Source: Escherichia coli
GTDB lineage: Bacteria > Pseudomonadota > Gammaproteobacteria > Enterobacterales > Enterobacteriaceae
Length of the DNA: 32,000 nt
Reading direction: 5' to 3' (one strand)
Assembly: GCF_019969585.1 (NCBI RefSeq)
Contig: NZ_CP081782.1
Made by a program: the position numbers and the translations under genes. This document shows, one piece after another, positions 13,194 to 21,476 of the stretch. Numbering within the stretch: the stretch's first letter is position 1; each line of letters starts with the position of its first letter. Under the pieces are notes generated by a model. The model was not told where the DNA came from. It made no database searches and worked only from the letters and a program-made list of their open reading frames with translations.

Positions 13194-13227
13194 TAATGCC
13201 CGCTGATGATCACCCGGCGGGCATTAT
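13194..13227. terminator. Hairpin between convergent yidJ and yidI
   Basis: ATAATGCCCGC (13194-13204) and GCGGGCATTAT (13217-13227) form an 11-bp perfect stem with a 12-nt loop. Flanking U tracts are weak on both strands. Confidence 0.4.
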
Positions 13228-13236
13228 TCAGGCTGC

Positions 13237-13686
13237 TTAAACCAGCGAACCGCCGGTCAGGAAGGAAAAAATCAGGAATATCAGCAAAATGCTGCACACG
13301 ATGCCGATACCAAAAAGCAAGGTATGAAAAGCCAGCGTCCCGCCGCCAAAAACCAGCGCGCCGCGAATGCCCCAGCGATTTTCCTTACGCATACCGCCAA
13401 TAAATGCGCAAAGTAGCGCAGCAATGGCCAGTGCGATACCGCTTTGATCGAGGATTTTATCGATATCCATGTCCTCTTTTTTCTCCACAGTGGTAATTTT
13501 TTCGCCTTTTATTCCGGCGAGAAGACCTCTTTTAATTTCAGCCGTTTTGTCCGCCACGATGCTTTCAAGCGTTGGCGGTGGTGCGGAAAAAGGGCCGAAT
13601 GAAAAGTGGATAATCCCCATCATTAAAGCGATGGCACCGAACAGCATGCCCAATGAACTGATTTTATTTTGCGCTATGATACCCAT
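13237..13686 (-). CDS. yidI: Inner-membrane protein YidI (149 aa)
   Basis: MGIIAQNKISSLGMLFGAIALMMGIIHFSFGPF… Three to four hydrophobic helices. SD GGAGG precedes the ATG. Confidence 0.9.
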   Translation of the reverse strand: MGIIAQNKISSLGMLFGAIALMMGIIHFSFGPFSAPPPTLESIVADKTAEIKRGLLAGIKGEKITTVEKKEDMDIDKILDQSGIALAIAALLCAFIGGMRKENRWGIRGALVFGGGTLAFHTLLFGIGIVCSILLIFLIFSFLTGGSLV

Positions 13687-13794
13687 CTGACCTCCTTGTA
13701 GCGGATGGCAAAAGCATATCAGGAAACGGGCGGACGAAATTCTTAAAAAAAACCGCTAAAGATAGAGCGTTAGTGAAATTGCAAAGGAGCAACA

Positions 13795-14142
13795 ATGAAA
13801 ATTTCCCGCCTTGGAGAAGCGCCCGATTACCGCTTCTCGCTGGCTAATGAGCGTACTTTTCTGGCGTGGATCCGTACCGCACTAGGATTTCTGGCGGCGG
13901 GGGTTGGGCTTGATCAACTTGCGCCAGATTTCGCCACGCCCGTCATTCGTGAACTGCTGGCGTTGTTGTTGTGTCTGTTTTCCGGCGGGTTAGCAATGTA
14001 TGGCTACCTGCGCTGGTTACGCAATGAAAAAGCGATGCGTCTGAAAGAGGACCTGCCCTACACCAACAGCTTATTAATCATTAGCTTAATATTGATGGTC
14101 GTGGCGGTGATCGTTATGGGACTGGTGTTGTATGCCGGATAG
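13795..14142 (+). CDS. yidH: DUF202-family inner-membrane protein YidH (115 aa)
   Basis: LANERTFLAWIRTAL motif followed by three hydrophobic helices. SD AAGGAG. Confidence 0.92.
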   Translation: MKISRLGEAPDYRFSLANERTFLAWIRTALGFLAAGVGLDQLAPDFATPVIRELLALLLCLFSGGLAMYGYLRWLRNEKAMRLKEDLPYTNSLLIISLILMVVAVIVMGLVLYAG

Positions 14143-14494
14143 CCGCAAAGCCAGACGCATTGCCGACCCAGGACTGCAGCCGGAGCGCACATCACTGGCG
14201 TGGTTTCGTACCATGCTGGGCTACGGCGCGTTGATGGCGTTGGCTATCAAACACAACTGGCACCAGGCGGGCATGTTATTCTGGATTTCGATTGGCATTC
14301 TCGCCATCGTGGCGCTGATCCTCTGGCACTACACCCGTAATCGCAATTTAATGGATGTCACGAATAGCGATTTTTCCCAATTTCACGTAGTCCGTGACAA
14401 ATTTTTGATCTCCCTCGCGGTGTTATCTCTCGCAATACTGTTTGCTGTAACGCATATACATCAACTTATCGTATTTATTGAGAGAGTCGCATGA
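14132..14494 (+). CDS. yidG: DUF202-family inner-membrane protein YidG (120 aa), paralogue of YidH
   Basis: LQPERTSLAWFRTML motif followed by three hydrophobic helices. Overlaps yidH by 11 nt. Confidence 0.9.
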   Translation: MPDSRKARRIADPGLQPERTSLAWFRTMLGYGALMALAIKHNWHQAGMLFWISIGILAIVALILWHYTRNRNLMDVTNSDFSQFHVVRDKFLISLAVLSLAILFAVTHIHQLIVFIERVA

Positions 14495-14988
14495 CAGGAA
14501 GTCAGGTCATTGATGCTGAAGAGGACAGGCATAAACTGGTTGTAGAGTACAAGGATGCTCTGCAACCTGCCGATTTTTATCACAATTTCAAACAGCGGGG
14601 CATCCGCTCCGTACAGCTCATTCCCTATCTTGAATTTGATGACCGGGGCGATCTGACGGCCGCTTCGGTGACAGCAGAGCTGTGGGGGAAATTTTTAATT
14701 GCCCTGTTCGAGTGTTGGGTGCGGGCAGATATCAGTCGTATCTCGATTGAGCTTTTTGACGCCACCTTACAAAAATGGTGTGGCAGCGAAAACCCGCAAC
14801 CGCGCCGTGACTGCCAGGCGTGCGACTGGCATCGCCTGTGCCCGCACGCTCGGCAGGAGACGCCAGACAGCGTGCTTTGTGCGGGCTATCAGGCGTTTTA
14901 TTCTTACTCCGCACCGCATATGCGGGTGATGCGTGATCTGATAAAGCAGCATCGTTCTCCCATGGAGCTGATGACGATGCTGCGGTGA
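14491..14988 (+). CDS. yidF: YidF, C-terminal (SPASM-region) remnant of an anaerobic sulfatase-maturating radical-SAM enzyme (165 aa)
   Basis: ATGA overlap with yidG. Contains …CQACDWHRLCPHAR…LCAGY… (CX2CX5C). No CxxxCxxC radical-SAM motif occurs anywhere in the ORF. Confidence 0.85.
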   Translation: MTGSQVIDAEEDRHKLVVEYKDALQPADFYHNFKQRGIRSVQLIPYLEFDDRGDLTAASVTAELWGKFLIALFECWVRADISRISIELFDATLQKWCGSENPQPRRDCQACDWHRLCPHARQETPDSVLCAGYQAFYSYSAPHMRVMRDLIKQHRSPMELMTMLR

Positions 14989-14995
14989 CGTGCGC

Positions 14996-16180
14996 TTAAA
15001 CGGGCTGCCCCTGATGCGACATCCGCGTCGCCAGCGGTAGCCAGCACAGCACGATCAACAATCCCATTAAGGTCATCAATAACCCCAGGCTACCCTGACC
15101 GGTTTGCGGCAACATCGCAGAGAGCGACGCCAGCACGCCGGAACCAATGTTTTGCAGACCGCCGACCAGCGCGCCAGCCGTGCCCGCCAGGAAGGGGAAC
15201 GGCTCCATCGCGCCGCTGGTCGCCAGCGGAAACAGCATCCCGGCACCGAAAAAGAACAGCGCGGCGGGAACGAGCAGCGTCCAGACATTCATCACGCCAA
15301 ACCAGTCGGGGATCCACATCAGCAAGCCAGCCAGCAGGCAGCAGATAACCGACTGCCACATTAACGTGGAGAAGCGTTTATTGGGACGTCCGGCAAACCA
15401 TGCGCCAAAAAACGCTGCCGGAATCGGCAGAATAAACAAAATACTGACCGTCATACTGCTCAGCCCTAACACCGCGCCCATCAGCACGCCGGAGCAGGCT
15501 TCAAAGGCGGCAATCCCGGCCAGACCGCCAATCAGCATCAGCAAATAACAGTTAAAACCGCTGTTACCGAAAAGCGTTTTATAACTGGTAAGCAGGCGCG
15601 TGCGCGGTGCATCGACCGGACGCGTTTCCGGCATCCAGCGGGCCATACTGAAGGTCACACCAGCACAAAGAACCAACAAAAAGAGATAACAGGCGCGCCA
15701 GTTCCACATCGTATCCAGCAGACCGCCGATTAGCGGTGCGAGCAACGGACTGACGAGAATCCCCATGTTTAACAGGCTGTTAGCATGGCGCAACTGTGTC
15801 CGTTCATATAAATCTCGCGGCAAAGTACGCGCCATTACGCCGCCAACGCCGGTGCCCATCCCCTGCATCGCGCTGGCGGCAATCAACACCGTCAAACTGG
15901 AGGTCGTGACCGCGACCAGCGTTGCCAGCATAAAAATGGACATTCCGACGAGGATCACCGGTCGGCGGCCCACGCGGTCGGAAATCGGGCCATAAAACAG
16001 CTGTGAGACACCGTAAGTCAGCAGATAAGCGCCCATTACGCTCTGCACCGCCCCTTCACGGACGTTGAGATCGCGCGCCATATCGGCAATAGCTGGAATA
16101 TAAATGGTTTGCGCCATCTGACCGACGGCCACGAGTAATACCAACATCAATAACAAATTGACGTTTCTTTGCCTTTTCAT
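14996..16180 (-). CDS. emrD: MFS multidrug efflux pump EmrD (394 aa)
   Basis: MKRQRNVNLLLMLVLLVAVGQMAQTIYIPAIADMARDL…, a 12-TM MFS protein with the GPISDRVGRRP motif. Confidence 0.96.
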   Translation of the reverse strand: MKRQRNVNLLLMLVLLVAVGQMAQTIYIPAIADMARDLNVREGAVQSVMGAYLLTYGVSQLFYGPISDRVGRRPVILVGMSIFMLATLVAVTTSSLTVLIAASAMQGMGTGVGGVMARTLPRDLYERTQLRHANSLLNMGILVSPLLAPLIGGLLDTMWNWRACYLFLLVLCAGVTFSMARWMPETRPVDAPRTRLLTSYKTLFGNSGFNCYLLMLIGGLAGIAAFEACSGVLMGAVLGLSSMTVSILFILPIPAAFFGAWFAGRPNKRFSTLMWQSVICCLLAGLLMWIPDWFGVMNVWTLLVPAALFFFGAGMLFPLATSGAMEPFPFLAGTAGALVGGLQNIGSGVLASLSAMLPQTGQGSLGLLMTLMGLLIVLCWLPLATRMSHQGQPV

Positions 16181-16354
16181 TATCACGGATGCTTTTATAA
16201 AAATAATTAGAATAAGTCACTACGCATTCCCATAAATGCGGGAGAGGAATCTATCACATTGATGAATGTTAGCCAGATATACGCCAGGAATGGGGAATTG
16301 TTTAGCGGCAGAATATGTAAACAAAAGCGGCAATAAATGTTGCCGGGAGAGATG

Positions 16355-16392
16355 GTAGGGCGGATAAGATGCGTCAGCATCGCATCCGACAC
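16355..16392. repeat. REP (repetitive extragenic palindrome) element
   Basis: Reverse complement GTGTCGGATGCGATGCTGACGCATCTTATCCGCCCTAC matches the REP consensus (…CGGATGCGnnnnnnACGCnTTATCCGnCCTAC). Confidence 0.8.
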
Positions 16393-16404
16393 CAACCCGC
16401 ACGC

Positions 16405-16440
16405 TAAATATAAAAGGGGAGCGGTTTCCCGCTCCCCTTT
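16405..16440 (-). terminator. Rho-independent terminator of tisAB
   Basis: Minus strand reads AAAGGGGAGCGG-GAAA-CCGCTCCCCTTT followed by TATATTT, 20 nt after the tisB stop. Confidence 0.85.
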
Positions 16441-16459
16441 GGTGCGACTTGAATCTGAA

Positions 16460-16549
16460 TTACTTCAGGTATTTCAGAACAGCATCAAGCAGTTGCAGTG
16501 CTGCAACAATGAGTTTGAGGATAAGAATGGCGATATCCACCAGGCTCAT
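16460..16549 (-). CDS. tisB: Type I toxin TisB (29 aa membrane peptide, SOS-induced)
   Basis: My own translation of the minus strand gives MSLVDIAILILKLIVAALQLLDAVLKYLK*. The ORF is absent from the ORF track because it is too short. Confidence 0.95.
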   Translation of the reverse strand: MSLVDIAILILKLIVAALQLLDAVLKYLK

Positions 16550-16659
16550 ACGCGTCTCCTGTGGTTCAGGAGCACTGCCAGCTGACGTACCTTTCCGCTG
16601 CCTGTTGCCAGCTGTTGTGCACGCGGTATCTCAAGGAGAAACGTTGTGCTTGTTGACAT
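16546..16659 (-). CDS. tisA: tisA upstream ORF (37 codons), reported not to be translated
   Basis: MSTSTTFLLEIPRAQQLATGSGKVRQLAVLLNHRRRV*. Its stop overlaps the tisB start (ATGA). Its start codon lies inside the IstR-1 target sequence. Confidence 0.45.
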   Translation of the reverse strand: MSTSTTFLLEIPRAQQLATGSGKVRQLAVLLNHRRRV

Positions 16660-16783
16660 AACACAGTGTGCTCACGCGGGGTTAAGGCGCTGACGGCACC
16701 ACCCGTTTCAGCCAGGACTTAGTGCGCCGGGTAACGATGCGGCCCCCGCATAACACATTGCGTACAGTGATATTATAGAAGTC

Positions 16784-16803
16784 TACTGTATAAATAAACA
16801 GTA
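16784..16803. promoter_or_regulatory. LexA box between divergent tisAB and istR-2 promoters
   Basis: TACTGTATAAATAAACAGTA matches the consensus TACTG(TA)5CAGTA. The tisAB -10 TATAAT is on the minus strand at 16772-16777. Confidence 0.9.
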
Positions 16804-16843
16804 ATATTTGGACAAAACGCAAACTGTGATCGATACTCAACTA

Positions 16844-16984
16844 TGCACTAAATACGTCAAAATTCGTGCCGAAATTGCGCGTTCTGCGCGGAACACGTAT
16901 ACTTTCAGTGTTGACATAATACAGTGTGCTTTGCGGTTACCAGCCGCAGGCGACTGACGAAACCTCGCTCCGGCGGGGTTTTTT
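16844..16984 (+). ncRNA. istR: IstR-2 sRNA (about 140 nt, LexA-controlled); 5' end approximate
   Basis: Shares its 3' end and terminator with IstR-1. Candidate -35 TTGGAC (16808-16813) and -10 GATACT (16832-16837). The 5' end is inferred from the reported length, not read from the sequence. Confidence 0.5.
16910..16984 (+). ncRNA. istR: IstR-1 antitoxin sRNA (75 nt)
   Basis: -10 TATACT at 16898-16903. The RNA starts GUUGACAUAAUACAGUGUGCU… and ends in the terminator CCUCGCUCCGGCGGGGUUUUUU. Its first 21 nt are complementary to the tisAB mRNA. Confidence 0.85.
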
Positions 16985-17113
16985 GTTATCTGCAATTCAG
17001 TACAAAACGTGATCAACCCCTCAATTTTCCCTTGCTGAAAAATTTTCCATTGTCTCCCCTGTAAAGCTGTGCTTGTATAAATATTGTTAAACACAAAACC
17101 AACAAGGTCCCCA

Positions 17114-17212
17114 ATGACTACTTCCATGTTCAACGCAAAACTACTACCAACTGCGCCATCCGCCGCAGTGGTCGTCGTGCGTGTGGTGGTGGTCGTCGGC
17201 AATGCGCCGTAG
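17114..17212 (+). CDS. ivbL: ilvBN operon leader peptide IvbL (32 aa)
   Basis: MTTSMFNAKLLPTAPSAAVVVVRVVVVVGNAP*, with 9 Val and 2 Leu codons, upstream of the attenuator. Too short for the ORF track. Confidence 0.93.
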   Translation: MTTSMFNAKLLPTAPSAAVVVVRVVVVVGNAP

Positions 17213-17235
17213 GGACTGGAACAACACACGATTCC

Positions 17236-17272
17236 AAAACCCCGCCGGCGCAAACCGGGCGGGGTTTTTCGT
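17236..17272 (+). terminator. ilvBN attenuator terminator
   Basis: AAAACCCCGCCGG-CGCAAA-CCGGGCGGGGTTTTTCGTTT, between ivbL and ilvB. Confidence 0.9.
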
Positions 17273-17317
17273 TTAAGCACCTCCCGGAAAGTCGGCCCAG
17301 AAGAAAAGGACTGGAGC

Positions 17318-19006
17318 ATGGCAAGTTCGGGCACAACATCGACGCGTAAGCGCTTTACCGGCGCAGAATTTATCGTTCATTTCCTGGAACAGCAGGGCAT
17401 TAAGATTGTGACGGGCATTCCGGGCGGTTCTATCCTGCCTGTTTACGATGCCTTAAGCCAAAGTACGCAAATCCGCCATATTCTGGCTCGCCATGAACAG
17501 GGCGCGGGATTTATCGCTCAGGGAATGGCGCGCACCGACGGTAAACCGGCGGTCTGTATGGCCTGTAGCGGACCGGGTGCGACTAACCTGGTGACCGCCA
17601 TTGCCGATGCGCGGCTGGACTCCATCCCGCTGATTTGCATCACTGGTCAGGTTCCCGCCTCGATGATCGGCACCGACGCCTTCCAGGAAGTCGACACCTA
17701 CGGCATCTCTATCCCCATCACCAAACACAACTATCTGGTCAGACATATCGAAGAACTCCCGCAGGTCATGAGCGATGCCTTCCGCATTGCGCAATCAGGC
17801 CGCCCAGGCCCGGTGTGGATAGACATTCCTAAGGATGTGCAAACGGCGGTTTTTGAGATTGAAGCACAGCCCGCGGTGGCAGAAAAAGCCGCCGCACCCG
17901 CCTTTAGCGAAGAAAGCATTCGTGACGCAGCGGCGATGATTAACGCTGCCAAACGCCCGGTGCTTTATCTGGGCGGTGGTGTGATCAATGCGCCTGCGCG
18001 GGTGCGTGAACTGGCGGAGAAAGCGCAACTGCCAACTACCATGACCTTAATGGCGCTGGGTATGTTGCCAAAAGCGCATCCACTGTCGCTGGGTATGCTG
18101 GGGATGCACGGCGTGCGCAGCACTAACTATATCTTGCAGGAGGCGGATTTACTGATTGTGCTCGGTGCGCGTTTTGATGACCGGGCGATTGGCAAAACCG
18201 AGCAGTTCTGTCCGAATGCCAAAATCATTCATGTCGATATCGACCGTGCAGAGCTGGGTAAAATCAAGCAGCCGCACGTGGCGATTCAGGCGGATGTTGA
18301 TGACGTGCTGGCGCAGTTGATCCCGCTGGTGGAAGCGCAACCGCGTGCAGAGTGGCACCAGTTGGTAGTGGATTTGCAGCGTGAGTTTCCGTGTCCAATC
18401 CCGAAAGCGTGCGATCCGTTAAGCCATTACGGCCTGATCAACGCCGTTGCCGCCTGTGTCGATGACAATGCAATTATCACCACCGACGTTGGTCAGCATC
18501 AGATGTGGACCGCGCAAGCTTATCCGCTCAATCGCCCACGCCAGTGGCTGACCTCCGGTGGGCTGGGCACGATGGGTTTTGGCCTGCCTGCGGCGATTGG
18601 CGCTGCGCTGGCGAACCCGGATCGCAAAGTGTTGTGTTTCTCCGGCGACGGCAGCCTGATGATGAATATTCAGGAGATGGCGACCGCCAGTGAAAATCAG
18701 CTGGATGTCAAAATCATTCTGATGAACAACGAAGCGCTGGGGCTGGTGCATCAGCAACAGAGTCTGTTCTACGAGCAAGGCGTTTTTGCCGCCACCTATC
18801 CGGGCAAAATCAACTTTATGCAGATTGCCGCCGGATTCGGCCTCGAAACCTGTGATTTGAATAACGAAGCCGATCCGCAGGCTGCATTGCAGGAAATCAT
18901 CAATCGCCCTGGCCCGGCGCTGATCCATGTGCGCATTGATGCCGAAGAAAAAGTTTACCCGATGGTGCCGCCAGGTGCGGCGAATACTGAAATGGTGGGG
19001 GAATAA
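17318..19006 (+). CDS. ilvB: Acetohydroxy-acid synthase I large subunit IlvB (562 aa, ThDP enzyme)
   Basis: MASSGTTSTRKRFTGAEFIVHFLEQQGIKIVTGIPGG… ThDP motif GDGSLMMNIQE…NN. Confidence 0.98.
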   Translation: MASSGTTSTRKRFTGAEFIVHFLEQQGIKIVTGIPGGSILPVYDALSQSTQIRHILARHEQGAGFIAQGMARTDGKPAVCMACSGPGATNLVTAIADARLDSIPLICITGQVPASMIGTDAFQEVDTYGISIPITKHNYLVRHIEELPQVMSDAFRIAQSGRPGPVWIDIPKDVQTAVFEIEAQPAVAEKAAAPAFSEESIRDAAAMINAAKRPVLYLGGGVINAPARVRELAEKAQLPTTMTLMALGMLPKAHPLSLGMLGMHGVRSTNYILQEADLLIVLGARFDDRAIGKTEQFCPNAKIIHVDIDRAELGKIKQPHVAIQADVDDVLAQLIPLVEAQPRAEWHQLVVDLQREFPCPIPKACDPLSHYGLINAVAACVDDNAIITTDVGQHQMWTAQAYPLNRPRQWLTSGGLGTMGFGLPAAIGAALANPDRKVLCFSGDGSLMMNIQEMATASENQLDVKIILMNNEALGLVHQQQSLFYEQGVFAATYPGKINFMQIAAGFGLETCDLNNEADPQAALQEIINRPGPALIHVRIDAEEKVYPMVPPGAANTEMVGE

Positions 19007-19009
19007 GCC

Positions 19010-19300
19010 ATGCAAAACACAACTCATGACAACGTAATTCTGGAGCTCACCGTTCGCAACCATCCGGGCGTAATGACCCACGTTTGTGGCCTTTTTGCCC
19101 GCCGCGCTTTTAACGTTGAAGGCATTCTTTGTCTGCCGATTCAGGACAGCGACAAAAGCCATATCTGGCTACTGGTCAATGACGACCAGCGTCTGGAGCA
19201 GATGATAAGCCAAATCGATAAGCTGGAAGATGTCGTGAAAGTGCAGCGTAATCAGTCCGATCCGACGATGTTTAACAAGATCGCGGTGTTTTTTCAGTAA
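19010..19300 (+). CDS. ilvN: Acetohydroxy-acid synthase I small (regulatory, ACT) subunit IlvN (96 aa)
   Basis: [39 protein letters not shown]…, starting 3 nt after the ilvB stop. Confidence 0.97.
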
Positions 19301-19322
19301 CCGCTCAAGGCTTGAACAACAT

Positions 19323-19356
19323 CGCGCTTATCGTTAAGGTAAGCGCGTTTTTTTTT
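19323..19356 (+). terminator. Rho-independent terminator of ilvBN
   Basis: CGCGCTTA-TCGTTAAGG-TAAGCGCG followed by T9. Confidence 0.85.
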
Positions 19357-19374
19357 ACCCGCCAGGACAAGACC

Positions 19375-19965
19375 ATGATCACCGTTGCCCTTATAGACGA
19401 TCACCTCATCGTCCGCTCCGGCTTTGCGCAGCTGCTGGGGCTGGAACCTGATTTGCAGGTAGTTGCCGAGTTTGGTTCGGGGCGCGAGGCGCTGGCGGGG
19501 CTGCCGGGGCGCGGTGTGCAGGTGTGTATTTGCGATATCTCCATGCCCGATATCTCCGGTCTGGAGCTGCTAAGCCAGCTGCCGAAAGGTATGGCGACGA
19601 TTATGCTCTCCGTTCACGACAGTCCTGCGCTGGTTGAGCAGGCGCTTAACGCGGGGGCACGCGGCTTTCTTTCCAAACGCTGTAGCCCGGATGAACTCAT
19701 TGCTGCGGTGCATACGGTTGCCACGGGCGGCTGTTATCTGACGCCGGATATTGCCATTAAACTGGCATCCGGTCGTCAGGACCCGCTAACCAAACGTGAA
19801 CGCCAGGTGGCGGAAAAACTGGCGCAAGGAATGGCGGTGAAAGAGATTGCCGCCGAACTGGGCTTGTCACCGAAAACGGTACACGTCCATCGCGCCAATC
19901 TGATGGAAAAACTGGGCGTCAGTAACGACGTAGAGCTGGCGCGCCGCATGTTTGATGGCTGGTGA
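19375..19965 (+). CDS. uhpA: Response regulator UhpA (196 aa, NarL/FixJ family)
   Basis: [17 protein letters not shown]… receiver domain plus a LuxR-type HTH. The track ORF start at 19312 lies inside the ilvN terminator, so the start is trimmed to 19375. Confidence 0.96.
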
Positions 19966-21467
19966 TGAAGACGTTGTTCTCCCGCTTAATTACCGTTATT
20001 GCCTGCTTTTTTATCTTCTCTGCCGCATGGTTTTGCCTGTGGAGTATCAGCCTGCATCTGGTTGAGCGCCCTGATATGGCGGTGCTGTTATTTCCGTTTG
20101 GTCTGCGTCTGGGGCTAATGCTGCAATGCCCGCGCGGATACTGGCCGGTGCTGCTGGGCGCGGAGTGGCTGCTGATTTACTGGCTAACGCAGGCGGTCGG
20201 TTTAACCCATTTTCCGTTATTGATGATCGGTAGTTTACTGACGTTACTGCCCGTAGCGCTGATCTCGCGCTATCGCCATCAGCGTGACTGGCGCACCTTG
20301 CTGTTACAGGGGGCGGCGTTAACGGCGGCGGCGTTGTTGCAGTCGCTGCCCTGGCTTTGGCACGGCAAAGAGTCGTGGAATGCGCTGTTGCTGACTTTAA
20401 CTGGCGGCCTGACGCTGGCCCCGATATGTCTGGTGTTCTGGCACTATCTCGCCAATAACACCTGGCTGCCGCTCGGCCCGTCACTGGTTTCTCAGCCAAT
20501 CAACTGGCGCGGGCGACATCTGGTCTGGTACTTGCTGCTGTTTGTTATCAGTCTCTGGCTCCAGTTGGGATTGCCGGACGAACTGTCGCGCTTTACGCCA
20601 TTCTGTCTGGCGCTGCCGATTATCGCGCTGGCCTGGCACTATGGTTGGCAAGGGGCGCTGATTGCGACGTTGATGAACGCCATCGCGCTGATCGCCAGTC
20701 AAACCTGGCGCGATCATCCGGTGGATTTATTGCTCTCGCTGCTGGTGCAAAGTCTGACAGGGTTGTTGCTTGGCGCTGGCATCCAGCGGTTGCGTGAACT
20801 TAACCAGTCGCTGCAAAAGGAACTGGCGCGCAATCAGCATCTGGCTGAACGGTTGCTGGAAACCGAAGAGAGCGTGCGCCGTGATGTGGCGCGTGAGCTG
20901 CATGATGATATCGGTCAGACCATCACTGCTATTCGTACTCAGGCGGGCATTGTTCAGCGGCTGGCGGCAGATAACGCCAGCGTGAAGCAGAGCGGGCAGC
21001 TCATCGAACAACTATCGCTGGGCGTTTACGACGCGGTGCGCCGTTTGTTGGGTCGGTTACGTCCGCGCCAGTTGGATGATCTCACCCTGGAGAAGGCCAT
21101 CCGCTCACTGATGCGGGAAATGGAGCTGGAAGGGCGCGGTATTGTCAGCCATCTCGAATGGCGAATCGATGAATCAGCGTTAAGCGAAAACCAGCGCGTG
21201 ACGCTGTTTCGTGTCTGCCAGGAAGGGCTGAACAACATTGTGAAACATGCTGATGCCAGCGCGGTCACCCTGCAAGGCTGGCAGCAGGATGAACGGTTGA
21301 TGCTGGTTATTGAAGACGATGGCAGCGGTTTGCCGCCGGGTTCCGGGCAACAAGGTTTTGGCCTCACCGGAATGCGCGAGCGCGTAACGGCGCTGGGTGG
21401 CACATTACACATTTCCTGTCTGCACGGCACGCGTGTCAGCGTTTCTCTACCTCAACGTTATGTCTAA
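19965..21467 (+). CDS. uhpB: Sensor histidine kinase UhpB (500 aa)
   Basis: Multi-TM N-terminal half, H-box ELHDDIGQ and a HATPase C-terminus. The ATG overlaps the uhpA TGA (TGATG). GTG at 19962 is an alternative start. Confidence 0.95.
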   Translation: MKTLFSRLITVIACFFIFSAAWFCLWSISLHLVERPDMAVLLFPFGLRLGLMLQCPRGYWPVLLGAEWLLIYWLTQAVGLTHFPLLMIGSLLTLLPVALISRYRHQRDWRTLLLQGAALTAAALLQSLPWLWHGKESWNALLLTLTGGLTLAPICLVFWHYLANNTWLPLGPSLVSQPINWRGRHLVWYLLLFVISLWLQLGLPDELSRFTPFCLALPIIALAWHYGWQGALIATLMNAIALIASQTWRDHPVDLLLSLLVQSLTGLLLGAGIQRLRELNQSLQKELARNQHLAERLLETEESVRRDVARELHDDIGQTITAIRTQAGIVQRLAADNASVKQSGQLIEQLSLGVYDAVRRLLGRLRPRQLDDLTLEKAIRSLMREMELEGRGIVSHLEWRIDESALSENQRVTLFRVCQEGLNNIVKHADASAVTLQGWQQDERLMLVIEDDGSGLPPGSGQQGFGLTGMRERVTALGGTLHISCLHGTRVSVSLPQRYV

Positions 21468-21476
21468 GGTTCGATG

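Noticed and set aside
16837-17334. 165-aa minus-strand ORF (also 17130-17339, 69 aa)
   Set aside because: It lies antisense across IstR, the ilvB promoter, ivbL and the attenuator. The poly-Thr/Arg stretch is simply the reverse complement of the ivbL Val-codon run. It has no SD or plausible domain.
18419-19162. 247-aa antisense ORF inside ilvB/ilvN, plus similar long antisense or alternate-frame ORFs at 612-1037, 6212-6604, 6739-7227, 15104-15548, 20047-20499, 21026-21430, 24598-25032 and 25708-26076
   Set aside because: All are embedded in well-supported genes on the opposite strand or in another frame. Their compositions are Arg/His/Gln-rich, typical of shadow ORFs in GC-rich coding DNA. 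None has an RBS or recognisable family.
19312-19374. 21-codon N-terminal extension of uhpA
   Set aside because: The extension spans the ilvN terminator hairpin and T9 tract. The receiver domain starts at [10 protein letters not shown] (19375).
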